The notes under the pieces: model-generated
What the model saw: the letters and a program-made list of their open reading frames with translations, nothing else
What the model was told of the DNA's origin: nothing
The model's database searches: none
Position numbers and translations under genes: made by a program
Shown here: positions 34,774 to 47,900 of the stretch, piece after piece
Position numbering within the stretch: the stretch's first letter is position 1
How the letters are laid out: each line of letters begins with the position of its first letter
DNA from: Lytechinus pictus
Taxonomy: Eukaryota
Direction: 5' to 3'
Length of the DNA: 64,000 nt
Assembly: GCF_037042905.1 (NCBI RefSeq)
Contig: NC_087245.1
Coordinates: 34,970,001-35,034,000, forward strand

Positions 34774-36693
34774 TTAAGCAAACACCTGTATAAAGGGAAC
34801 ACATCCATAAAGATAGTTTTTCCTGTCTCGCTTGAGAGCTCTTTATAGACAGGGTTGACTGTATTTTGTAAATTACCTTTGAGAAAGGGAGTATATTGAT
34901 TTCATATCATTCAATGTTTCATGAGAGTTGAAAATAAAAGCCGCATTAAAGAAAAATGTCATTAGACATTCTACAGGGAGTAATGGCCAGATTTCAAGTT
35001 TTGCAGTGAATACACTCTACCCAGGCTACAAAGAACACCCAAGGGAAACAAGAAAAGCTATCTTCATGAGGAAGTCCTTAAGAACAGGTTTCTGCTATAT
35101 ATGTTTGATTAGGGAATATAAATAAAAGGAAATCAACTGATATAGATTGATGTCCCTTCTATACAGGTGGTCATTAACACATGTATGACTGTATTATCAG
35201 CTTTTGTGGGCAACTTCACGCCATTTTAGGTTCTTATCCAGAACAGGGAAGTGGGAGGTCACTTCCCTGTCCAGAAAAGGGTGTCGTCTATCAACTAGGA
35301 TGGAAAAATTTTGATATATTCAATATCTTACCACTTATGGTGGGGCATTATCCCCACTCCTCATGGTCAACAAATCCTGAAGATGACGCAAAGGTCTATT
35401 TCCTTGGCATTTTATATCATTTATTTTCAGGGGGGGTCACAAGTCTGTGGTCTCAAAATGGCACTGAATAAAAAACTGTGATAAGGAAAATATGATTTAT
35501 GCACATGAAAGCTTTAAATCATATGTCCTTAAACCACTTCTTGTACTTATTGAACATCAATATATTTAAAATGTAGTCCTAAGGCCTTGGTAGTGTTTCA
35601 AATCACTCACAGAATTGGTGGAGAGAGTTCAGTACAAATATTTATGCTGAAAATACACTGGGTGTCCTTCTATATATTATGTGTCTGTGTGTGTCCAGTT
35701 GTGTGTGTTTGATTTGACTTTAAAAGTTACTATCAATTCTCTAAATGTTTAAAGGATTTTATTGTCAAAACTGATGAATTGTTGTTTACCGAGAGACAAT
35801 AGGCAGTTAACACCTGTCTAAAAAAATGGGGAGTGTTTTAGAACTGAAATGTTTTGTGTGATTTTCACCGACAGGTGTTATAAGCTACAAGGAATCCTTG
35901 CTTCTGATTGGCTAAGGAAACTTAGTCTGTGAAAATCACTAAAAAAAAATCAAAAGCTCCTCTAATAATTACTTGAAAATACCAAAGCTTTCCCGCAAAC
36001 ATCTTTTTTATCTGAAACCTTCCTCCCCACCTTACATTGCAGAGTCTAGCTCATTTAGAATATCTATATAATGCTTCTTTAACAAAAAAAGTTATTGATT
36101 TTGTGCAAATGGATGTATGATTTGTTGTTCAATTACGTGCAAGGTTGTGTTCATCTATGAGAGTCAAATATATGTTTCTCCACTGCAATGCTTTTTATAA
36201 TGTAGAAAAGAGTTTATATGCAAAAGGATATTTGAATATGTTCATTTTTGGAGTACTATTCCTTGGTCTTTATATATATTGCAAGTATATATACATATTT
36301 TTGTACATTCCATTGAATTGTGATAATTTTGACTTAATTTTTGCACTTTGAGGTATGGGATGCGTCACGTCTGCTTGTATGAAAAAAAATGCTCTTCTTT
36401 CAGTAGGTTGTGTACGGGATGTTTCATGTAGATGCTTTACGACTTATATCGCTATTTCAGTGTTTGAATATGTATTGAGATAGAATTTATTATTTAGTGA
36501 CCTGGATATTTGTACGGATGAAGAGAAGCAACCCTCGACAGCATGCTGTCTCCAATTAAATCCCCAGGGAGGGGTTTCACAAATATTTAAGTTTGACTTA
36601 TAATCACACTTAATTCTCAGTTAGGTACTTTTGGTGCAACACTGCATTGGTCAGTCAGATCATGCCTATAGAATGTGCTGTACTTTGTATTAA

Positions 36694-37278
36694 AGGAGAA
36701 TGAAACCTTTAGAACAAGATAGCTTGTGTGAAAACAGAAAAATCAAAGAAACAGATCAACAAAAGTTTGAGAAAAATCGGACAAACAATGAGAAGGTTAT
36801 GAGCATTTGAATATTGCGATCACTAATGCTATGGAGATCCTCACATTGGCAATGCGACAAAGATGTGTAATGTCACTTGTGAACAACTTTCCCCATTACT
36901 TTAGTATATATTTCACTTAAATTGCCTCTTTTATCAAGTCTATCAGTAGATCATGTGTTCTTTCTATAGGAGGGCATGTAATACAGATTTTTAAAGAATA
37001 CATCATGGATAAATAGTTTGTATCACCATAAGAAAAAGCAAAAAGAGACATTTTGGGGGTATTTTATAGTCCATCAAAGGGAAAGTTGTTCACATGTGAC
37101 ATCACACATCCTTGTCGCATTGCCAATTGGAGGATCTCCATAGCATTCGTGATTGCAATATTCAAATGCTCATAACTTTCTCCTTGTTTGTCCGATTTTT
37201 CTAAAACTTTCGTTGATCTGTTTCTTTGATTTTTCTGTTTCGACACAAGCCTACTTATTCCAAAGGTTTCATTCCCCT
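36694..37278. mobile_element. TTAA-flanked (Kolobok-like) MITE with ~200-bp TIRs
   Basis: TTAA|AGGAGAATGAAACCTTT... / ...AAAGGTTTCATTCCCCT|TTAA; arms align over ~200 bp. Confidence 0.85.
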
Positions 37279-38851
37279 TTAATCAAGGGGATTGTGTGTA
37301 CATTTTGGGCAAGTGTGACTTAAAGTCAGACTCAACTTTTTGTGAAGCCCCCCCCCCCCCCACCGAAAAGATTTGTAGTGAATTAACTTGAACTTTAAAC
37401 AGGAGTGTCAAGCTCGTATCATAAAAAAAAAGGTGAATATATGAGGCACTTGTCTTCAAAAAGTTCAATGAAATTGTATCGTCTTTAAATGGCAAAATTT
37501 TATTCCTTTTATTCATAAAGCATGAGTATTTGAAATTAATCTACAATCTGGGGGGAAATTGGACAAATTGTGTCATGCTTATTTCAGACAAGTAACTAGG
37601 ATTTATGAAAATACTCATTAAAAGTTAAATGACAACATATGGCTTTAGCAAGAATTGATTCTATGGTTCTTCTTCCATCATGCATATACGCAAAATTGCT
37701 TTTATCACCTCCTGTTCGAAAAAAAAGGCATTTGAATTGATCAGCTATTACACATATCTTCCTTATCTTCATGAAATGTTAGTTCGAAATTTCATTCATA
37801 GTTTTCTTTGTTATTAAATGAACCGTTTTTATTCATTAAATAATTATTGTAGTATGTTCCCTTTCTATTGTGGTAAGGGTATTTGAAAGTAAACTAAATC
37901 TTACTCTTTTAAACACTTTGATTGTCTATGATATGAGCAATGTGAGAAAATATCAAATAATAAAATTTGAAAGAGAATTTGCCAAGGCAACATTGAAAAA
38001 TGATCAATTCTCCAAGTTGTAATCTGTATTTTTCTGTCTTATTCTTTATTTTCATTTCAATGGTAGGGTGGGGCGTGTGTGTGTGTGTGTTGGGGTGGGA
38101 TGCTTTTTAGTTTTCATAATTTTTCACCATTTTCCTTGAAAATACACATATATATCTTATTTTCATATAAAAAAAATGTAAGGCTTTAATCAAGGTTCTT
38201 GCACTTTCTGAGCAAAGAGAGAAAAAAAGGAAGAAATCTATGACTTTTTCAGGACTAAAGTTGACAAATTCCTGGACTCCACAGACTTTAAAAGGAAAAG
38301 GTAATGGACAAATTTGACCATTTTGGTTTAAAGTATATTATTCAATCGGGTACATCTTGGGGGGGGGGTCATTCGGAAATACCAGAACTTTACACTCTGA
38401 TCTTTTTTGCAATTCTAGGACTCATTTTCATGCCTAGAAAAAAAATCAGGACCTGACAGTTTTTCAAGGACGGTAAGAACGCCGTTAATGACTGCTCTTC
38501 AAGACTTTGGTTCATATTGTCTTTTCTCAACACCAACCAAATACAATGTAACAATACTTAAGGGGGAAGTCAATACCCACAAAAAATGATTTGAATGAAA
38601 AAAAAAAATCCCATTGGCATTAAAACTTTAAATGCTTGCAATACATTGTTACCTTATAATTCCTGCAATATCCCATTTTAAACCTTATAGTTACCTGTTC
38701 AAAAATCCTTGCAATATCCTGTTAAACCCTACACAGTGGGGTTTCGTATCTATTCGTATCTTAGAATCTCCAAAACAGTGGAGGGATCACCTAAGAGAGA
38801 GAGAGTGGTGCTCAAAAGTTAGTGAACCCCACCAGAAAATGAACATATTCA

Positions 38852-39347
38852 ATGGTCAAGTCCATCCCAGAAAAATGTTGATTTGAATCAATAGAGAAAA
38901 ATCAACCAAGCGTAACGCTGAAAATTGCATCAAAATCGGATGTAAACGAAGAGTTAATGACATTTTAAAATTTTGCTTATTTTCACAAAACAATTATATG
39001 CACAACCCAGTGTTATATACATATACACACACATATATATATATATATAAATGCCTACATCCTACGAAAGGGCGAAGTCTATAAATGGGTTTATTCCGTC
39101 ATAATACACGTAAAGATGAGGTAGAGGGCGCATTACGAACATTGAAAGAAGACAAAATATATATATATTTATATAGATATATATATATATATATATGTAT
39201 TTATCTTTCTACATCTGCAGTTAAGGCAAATTTTTGTCTTTCAATGTTCGCAATGCGCCTTAACGCCCTCTACCTTTGACTTAACATCTAAATGTGTATT
39301 ATAACGGAATAAACCCATTCATAGACTTCGCCCTTACGTAGGATGTA

Positions 39348-39387
<40 letters not shown>

Positions 39388-39864
39388 CCATACATGTATC
39401 GTACAGCCATGGAAATAATATATATATATTATTTCCATGGTTGTACGATACATGGTAGTGTTGCCATCTGTATGCAATCAGTATACAAATGAGGAGACTG
39501 ATGATGTCATTCACGCAATAATTCTTTTGTTTTTTTTATCATTTGAAATACAAAACATTCTAATTTTCTCCTCATTATCAAGTTCAGTCAAGTTGGTCCT
39601 TGTTGTCAAATCAGTAAAAAACTGAAATATTGTATAATTAAAAAAAACCACCAAAGAAATAGTGAGTGAGGGACATCGTCATCTGTCTCATTTGCATGTC
39701 ACTAAGTTGTGCATGTTCTGTGGAAAATAAGCAAAACTTTAAAATGTCATAACTTCATTATTTTACATCCGATTTTGATGAAATCAGCGTTATGCTAGTT
39801 TGATTTTTCCCTATTATTTTATTCAAATCAACATGCATTTTTCTGGGGTGGACTTGACCTTTAA
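38852..39864. mobile_element. Long-TIR Kolobok-like MITE containing a nested foldback insert
   Basis: GGTCAAGTCCATCCCAGAAAA... / ...TTTTCTGGGGTGGACTTGACCTTTAA. Related decayed copies at ~1690-2070, 52810-53360 and 55600-56300. Confidence 0.7.
39052..39350. mobile_element. Foldback element with ~105-bp arms inserted in (TA)n
   Basis: TACATCCTACG.AAGGGCGAAGTCTAT.AATGGGTTTATTCCGT.ATAATACAC in both orientations, with (TA)n outside and in the centre. Confidence 0.75.
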
Positions 39865-39959
39865 CTAACTTTAGTTTTGGGCAATAAATATCCTCACTTT
39901 TTCAGAAATTATTGTGATTTGAAAAATTTGGGGATTTAGAGTCCACTATGGGGCTTTGG

Positions 39960-40120
39960 GGATTTTCTTCAGCTTGGATCGACCTGCGGCGCCGCATATC
40001 ATGCACGCTGTATACACCATAGTTTGCTGGTAAAAGTGGTGCACGCGATCGACTGACACAAAACGGTGAATAGATCTAGAGTCTGAGAACCTTTATCATT
40101 GACATTATCATTCGGTAGGT
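39960..40120 (+). promoter_or_regulatory. Putative TSEN2 promoter / non-coding first exon
   Basis: Local CpG enrichment ~1.7 kb upstream of the ATG, ending at a donor-like TCG|GTAGGT (40114/40115). A polypyrimidine tract plus CAG acceptor lies at ~41736, just before the ATG exon. Confidence 0.45.
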
Positions 40121-41761
40121 ATATAAAAATTAAGTGAATATATCTATAACGGTACTGAATTTATATAATAAACTTTTTACTCCGTAGTTTTTAAAGTAAT
40201 TTAATATTCTGGGCTCGACACGGACGGGGTTATGTTCTTGACGTTACTCTTCTATAAGAATCCACCCTCTTGTACAACTAGTGCGATTGCTTATGCACGC
40301 AAGTGAATGCGAGATATCACGTTTCCGTGATGCATGGATCCGAATTGCTCATGAGCCAAGTCGCTGAATACATGTATATATACGAAGGGGGCCCCATGTC
40401 TGGCACCTAACGATTTTACTTAAAGTCTAAGATTTAACACGAATTCTTTTTTTTTTTTCAAGAAATATTTTCACTCAGCCACAGACAAAAAAAGAGGTTA
40501 TAACTTTTTGTTAACAAATTTTCGGCATTACTCCTATTTGTTTAAGATCAGTATGCTCGATCTGTAAATGAAAATCATAAGATCAGTATGCTCGATCTGT
40601 AATGAAAATCAAATGATCATAAGTCGAATCCCACTGGTTCCAATTTTTTCTGACTTATGATCATTTGATTTTCAAAACTGACTTACTTTGGCTGTCGCGC
40701 AACTTCACTTCCGTTTTATTCGAACTTAACACATAAACATATGGCCTTTGAGTCCCCTGTACACTAAGTACAGATCGAGCTAGAACTTCGGTCTCTGTAT
40801 TTTGGTGAGTGGAGCCAACAGAGTTCAGCGGAACAACCAACATAACAGAGACCGAAGCTTTTGGTCTAGGCACAGACAAGCTTCAAATTGATGGGAATAA
40901 ATATCAAATGTAATTTTCTCTGCTTTGTCATGTAAAATTGTATATTCATTCAGTGCCGATCGTCCTACAACACTTAAAGAAAATAACACGTTGGCGAGGA
41001 GAACCTTATTTTTCCATTAAAGAATTTTTGATGAGAATCATATGTAGACCAAGATATATTTTACCTCCAACTACTAAATTTAGCAATCTTTTTTTATTTG
41101 AAATAGAGCCTGAGTGAAAAACTGAACAAATCTGGCTTTTGAGTTTGATCATTATGACATTAGAGAGAGAGAGAGAGAGGGGGGGGGGGGTGAGCCTGGG
41201 GATCTAGAGAGACAAGATTTATGAATCAAAGCGTGTCACAACAATAAACAATTAACTGCTCTCAGTCTCATACATGGGGAAAATAATGATGTTATCAGAG
41301 AAAATTAGCTGCTGCAAATGTGCTTTGATTCCTTCTGCTTGTTTTTTTCCTTCTGTTTTGTCAAATAAAATGAACTCGAAGAGTGGTATAAACCAAATGA
41401 TGCAAGTCTTCATTCATCCATTATGCGACCTATCTACTCTCATTGAGGCTTTGTTCAACCCATTGCTTTCAGCGTAACAGCGTCATGCAATGGATTGAAC
41501 AGAGCCACAACTCGAGTAAGATTAGATCGCATAATGAACTCATGTGCATGCATCATTTGTATACTGTCAGTTTTTTTTTGTAATGATGCTTGAAAATATT
41601 TTTTTCTCCATTTTCTGCTAAACATGTTCACATGTGTGTTAACCAAAACCAGGTCCAAGTTCTGGTGAACTATAACTTGACTACTCCAGTGGAAGTCTGA
41701 ATTACTGTATTTTTCTCTTGTTATCTACTTACCCAGTCTATAGTAACAAGATGTCTTAATC

Positions 41762-41959
41762 ATGCCATCAATGACACTCACAAAACCTCGTAGGAAGCGA
41801 TGCGTTCATCAACCAGAAGAAGCTCCATTTCCCGTCCCCATAGAAACGATCACTCACAAGCCGGCTGCCAACCGCCAATGGTTTTTCTACAACGCCCAGA
41901 TGATTGAGAATGATGTCATTGTTCAGAAAGAGGGAGACATTGTGTTTTTGAGTAAGATG
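41762..41959 (+). CDS. TSEN2: TSEN2 first coding exon
   Basis: MPSMTLTKPRRKR...APFPVP...AQMIENDVIV...SKM |gtaaga; resembles the recalled TSEN2 N-terminus. Confidence 0.92.
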
Positions 41960-44900
41960 GTAAGAATGAGTTTATAAATATTTACATTAAACTAGCAAAA
42001 GATGAAACTAGAAGACAAACTTCTTGAGGTACTGTGTACAGGCAACCGTATGTATTATCTGTTCACAAGTGCAGTGCACTTGGTAATATATCATGCGGGT
42101 ATGGTAGTGGATCATATTACCTTAAACACTTTTCATAATTGTAATGAGGTCAAACAAAATATTTTCTGAAAATTCATGAAACTTTTACCATATACTTGTA
42201 CCTATAAGAAACTAAGATGTAATAGTTTGCTGAAATACATATATGTGTGTATTTTAAAACATCTGCTTAAAATTGCACCCTCTTTGCATATAACTGAATG
42301 TGTGCTTTCGTAACTATATAGTAACTATTTATTATTGTCTCGCCTGCATAGCAGAGCGAGACTATAGGCGCCGCTTTTCCGACGGCGGCGGCGTCAACAT
42401 CAAATCTTAACCTAAGGTTAAGTTTTTGAAATGACATCATAACTTAGAAAGTATATAGACCTAGTTCATGAAACTTGAGCATAAGGTTAATCAAGTATAA
42501 GAGAAGATCCTGCTTGAGTTTCAGGTCACGTGACCAAGGTCAAAGGTCATTTAGGGTCAATGAACTTTGGTCAAGTTGGGGGTATTTGTTGAATTACTAT
42601 CATAACTTTGAAAATTTATGGATCTAGTCCATGAAACTTGGACATAAGGTTAATGAGGTATTAGTGAACATCCTGCCTGAGTTTCAGGTCACATGACCAA
42701 GGTCAAAGGTCATTTAGGGTCAATGAACTTTGGCCAAGTTGGGGGCATTTGTTGAATTACCATCATAACTTTGAAAATTTATGGATTTAGTTCATGAAAC
42801 TTGGACATTAGGTTAATCAAGTACCACTGAATATCCTGTGCGAGTTTCAGGTCACATGACCATGGTCAATGGTCATTTAAGGTCAATGAACTTTGGCCGT
42901 GTTGGGGGGTATTTGTTAAATTACCATCCTAACTCTGAAAGTTTATGGATCTAGTTTATAAAACTTGGACATAAGAGTAATCAAGTATCACTGAACATCC
43001 TGTACGAGTTTCAGGTCACATGACCATGGTCAAAGGTCATTAAAGGTCAATGAACTTTGGCCGTGTTGGGGGTATTTGTTGAATTACCATCCTAACTCTG
43101 AAGTTTATGGATCTAGTTCATAAAACTTGGGATATAAGAGTAATCAAGCATCACTGAACATCCCCTGTGAGTTTCAGGTCACAAAACCAAGTCAAAGGTC
43201 AGTTAAGGTCAATAAACTTAGGCCATGTTGGGGTAATTGTTGAAGTGCCATCATAACTTTGAAAGTTTATGGATAGAGTGAATGAAATGTGGACATGGGT
43301 GTAGTTGACAGTCTTAAGTCTCCGTTCAAATGTCATTTATGGTCAATGAACGTGGTATTATGTCATTATATGAATGGTGTTTTTGTGAATGATTATTTTA
43401 TAGTAGTTTTCAAAGTTAGCACTGCTGCTATATTAAATTGCGTAATGCAGGCGAGACTGCCAGAGGCGTTCCACTTGTTATGTATCTAAATTTCAAAATT
43501 TCTAGATATTTTTGCATATTTGGTATATATTGTCACCAAAGTTTGGTTGAAATTAGCTGTGGAATGTGTTATTAAAAGCTTTGCCTGATATATGTTATGA
43601 GTTGTGATTGTCTTTCATGCAGGGTTTCTTTGGTAAAGGAATCCTATCAAGGAGTAAACCTGAACATCAATTCTTTGCCTCATCTTTTCAAGGAGCCCAT
43701 AGGAGAAACTGTAAGTAGTTGAAAATGATGACAAATGCTGCATCCTGTTGCATAAAGACACTTATAATAATTCTTAATAATAATAATAATAGGCATTTAT
43801 ATAGCGCCATCTATCTAGAAATTTTCTATTCCGAGGTGCGATGTTATTATGATTACCCCGGCTTTAGCTGAAAGAATTAATCCTGCCGGGTAACCATTCA
43901 CCTCACCTGGGTTGAGTGCAGCAAAATGTGGATAAATTTCTTGCTGAAGGAAATTACGCTAAGGCTGGGATTCGAACCCACGACCCTCTGTTTCAAAGTC
44001 AGAAGACTAATCTACTGGGCCACAACGCTCTATTTGTTATAACAACAAATGCACAATTTCTGTAACATATCAAGTTAACCAATCAAATGATTTCAGTAAT
44101 TATTTAGCTTGTAATTGTTATTGCAAATTTATTATTATAATAAGTTTTATGAAACAGGCTCCTGGGTCACGTTTCATGCATCCAACGGTGACTTCACTGA
44201 AATCCGTGATCCTAATTGGCTGATTAGCATTGTTACCATGGGAGTTACCATTGGATGACAAAGTTAATATAATAGTATACGATTGTATAATGTCTTTCGA
44301 GGATCTAGCAAAAAATTTGGGTTATGAAGAGATATGAAATTGTAACTTTTTTCTCGGGGCAACTTTCTATTAATTTACTATTCTGTTTCCCCAAAATCAT
44401 GTTTTCTTAAAGCTTGCACCTGACAGATTATTGTAATCTGAAGTTTGTTAAAAAAAAAAAAAATTGTCTGTGGGACAAATGTTTGTCCATGTTATGTAAC
44501 TTGAGAGCACATGGTCAGAAAATGTCCTACCCTAGATCTTACTTTCATATCATACTTTCCTTCTTTGAACACTCATGCAGTTTATATCAAAATACATTTT
44601 CTGTAACTTTTATAAATTGAGAGAGCTCCTCATAATTAGTGTTGAAATGTTGCAAATATCAATATAAAAGATTTACTACAGTTTGTACATCTGGTTATCT
44701 TTGTTATTCAAATCATTTACACTTGTAAATTAATGTGAGCAATGTTATTATTTTGTTTATTATGATTTATTATAGTACCACCCAAAGAGCGGAGATTCCA
44801 ACAGCAAAGATTTCAACAAGTACGCCAACACAAGTAAGTTTATTTTCTGGTACTTGCCCGTTTTTAATTCGAGAAATCTTTTTTTATTTTCATTTGCCAT

Positions 44901-47900
44901 GAAACTGTTATTGCCCAAATTTTCAGAATGTATTTGTTTTTGTTGCATTGTTGGTGATTTATTTATTTTCAAATTTTGGTTGGATTATAAACCTACAACT
45001 AGTGAACATTTTTAAAAAGGGGAAACACATACGAGTATATCAATCCCAACTCTTTTCCATCAAATTAGAATTCTGTTTTCTGTTTCTTATGCAATTGTTG
45101 AACTTCCAGCCATATGTGGTTTATTTACACTTTTTTTAAAATCAGACTCAAAAACATTTGTTTTGGTGAAAAAAAATGAAGAGATTAGTTGTAAAATAAA
45201 ATACAGCCTTTACCATTTTGAGAAAGAAATTTGATCAAATATCAGTGATGAAAATGTGCTGATTTTAAGTTCCAACTTCCCTGACCTTGTTTTATTATCC
45301 TTTTACAAAATTTGATTTGGAATCCCTCAAGTAATTAATTGATCAAAAACTTCAAAATAGCTTTACTCATGTTGTTATTTTTCAAACTAATTCACTGTAC
45401 TCTCATATTACTCCTGTTTTGAATTTGCTGCACCGGCCCCTTTTCAAACAAACAAATAATTTTAAGATTTGTTGTGCTGATTTTGAGTCCATTCATGTGT
45501 CAGGACTTTCAATACAGTTTTATAAAAATCATTTTTGTCTCGCCTGCATAGAAGAGCGAAGGTTAAGTTTTTGAAATGTCATCATAACTTAGAAAGTGTA
45601 TGGGCCTAGGTCGTGAAACTTGTACATAATGGTTATGGTTATTATTATTTTTGATATTATCATTATAATAATTCAAGGATATATATAGCATCTTTTCCAT
45701 TTTGATTAAATGCTTAGAAAATACAAAAAAAAGTACAAGATAAGTACAAGAAAAGGCACATTACAATAGAGGAAAAATGTCTGTCTTCAATTCTAGTACC
45801 TACTGGTGAACAAATGCAATTTTAGGTTGCCCTCAATTTCAGGCTTAAAGATGTTGCAGAGTTTGAGTTCTTCAGCTCCTGTAGTAGTGAATTAAACAGG
45901 GCTGGTCTGGTATGAGCAAAGGCTCAATTGTCCCAGAATTTTTTTGATAGTGGAATATGACTTGATTGAGATGATCGCAGGATGCTTACTGGTTGGTACT
46001 GGCGTATTAGAGACTTGTTGTAATTGGGTGCGGATCCAATGATAATATGATATACTAGAAGTAAAATTTTAAAAACTATGCAATCCTTTATGGGCAACAA
46101 ATTATTATGATTATTATTATCACCTTTGTAAGGTGATTATAATTAGTATTATTATTATTGTTGTTGATCTTATTGTCATTTATTATTATCATTATTGGAG
46201 ACTTTTTTGTGATAAGCAATATACAGATAATTTTAATTATGATTTATTATCACATATGTATATTGTCCCATTTGGGATAATTGTAAAAAAATGGGCAGAG
46301 GACATTGGTGTTACTTTGTACACGAATATACACCTTTATATGACTTGAAAAATATACTGTCCTATTACATTTTCATTACTTGCTATTGAAATTAAGCAAT
46401 CAGGGAAAAACTCCTTTTAGTCCATTATCTTGAAAATAGAGTTTACTAGGCTCTTCAATTTTTAATTAGTGCGTCCGAAGAAAATGAATGGAAATCATTT
46501 ACATGGACATTACATTATGTTATATTTTCCAGGTATGAGAGACATCTTTCGTGGCAGAAGCAACTGTTATTGCAGCAAAGGCATCGCAATAATGAAGAGT
46601 CACTGGGATTAAAGAATAGTACGATTACTGAGGATTCCATGCAGAGCCCACCCTATAAGATAGCAAGTGGGTCTGCAAAACGAGTAAAGCGTGCAACAGT
46701 CTCCGAGCGCAACCATCGCGCAGGGATTACAACAACTGATTGTAAGAAGGAGCGGCCGGAATGGAGGTTGGTTCCAGAGAATGAGTGTGGGTTGGTGGTA
46801 TCTTGCCAATCTGGAAGGGACAGCAGTCAAACAATGTCCTCAGAAAATCTCTTTGTATCTTCTACCCACCAGGCAAAGACTGAACCTATGCTGCAAAGCC
46901 CAATAAAGCTTCCTTCTAGTAATAGGCCTAAGCCTGGATACGTGGAAGGTAATGATTGGATTAGATCACCAAAGAGCCCTTTTGATGGAAATACGGAGAG
47001 TAGACAAGATGCGCAGGTTTCGTATCATCTTTCTGTTAAAGATTATCATCTTGGTACAGATGACTCTGTAGGGCGTAAGTTTGTCTTCCAATCTGAGGCT
47101 GCTGGTGTGAAGCACACCATCGGCTCTAGTGAACCAACTTCATCTTGCCTTCCATACTCTACTGATCAAAGTATTAAACATGACCGTAGTGAGAAGATGT
47201 TATCGTCAGGGCAATCTGGGTTGGTCTGGGACACAAAAGATGCAGACTGGGCTGAGCACACGGAAGTGCGGAGGGTAGAAGATGAAGGACATGGGGGAAA
47301 AGAGAACAATAAAGAACTCCTTGACAGTTCCAGGATTGAAACAAGTGCCTGGTCCTTGTCATCTTGGAGGACAGATCCTGCTGATTGGAATCAAGGTCAG
47401 GATGTTGATAGAGCCCAGTCCCACTCCCAGTCTTGCCAAAGGCGAGACGAGATTGGCTTCAGAGGAATCGGCCCTTCTCAAATTGCAGAGTCAGATTCTC
47501 TTTGCAATGACGGACAGGATGGAGGCGCTGATGGAGCAACAACAAGTGGATCCTACACTGGTCTTTCAGCACTTGGATTGGATCAGACATCCATTGAGGA
47601 TGAGAAGAAGAGATCAAGTGGCCACCCATTTTTGAGTGAGGAATGGACCAGTGACCCTAGAGATTGGGATATGAATGAAGGAGACCAAGCCCTAGTCTCT
47701 AAAACCAAGGAACAGGATAACAGGAACTCTACTAAAGATCTAGGTTTTGACGATAGCTATGACCCAACTGAGGAGCAGAGTGAGGGTTTAGAGCCATCAA
47801 CTTCAATGAACCCACAGGAAGCATCTTATTCTGATGAACAGTTGATAAGTGAAAGGATGAAAAGAGACTTTAGTGTCAGTGACCGTAAATACCATCCAGA

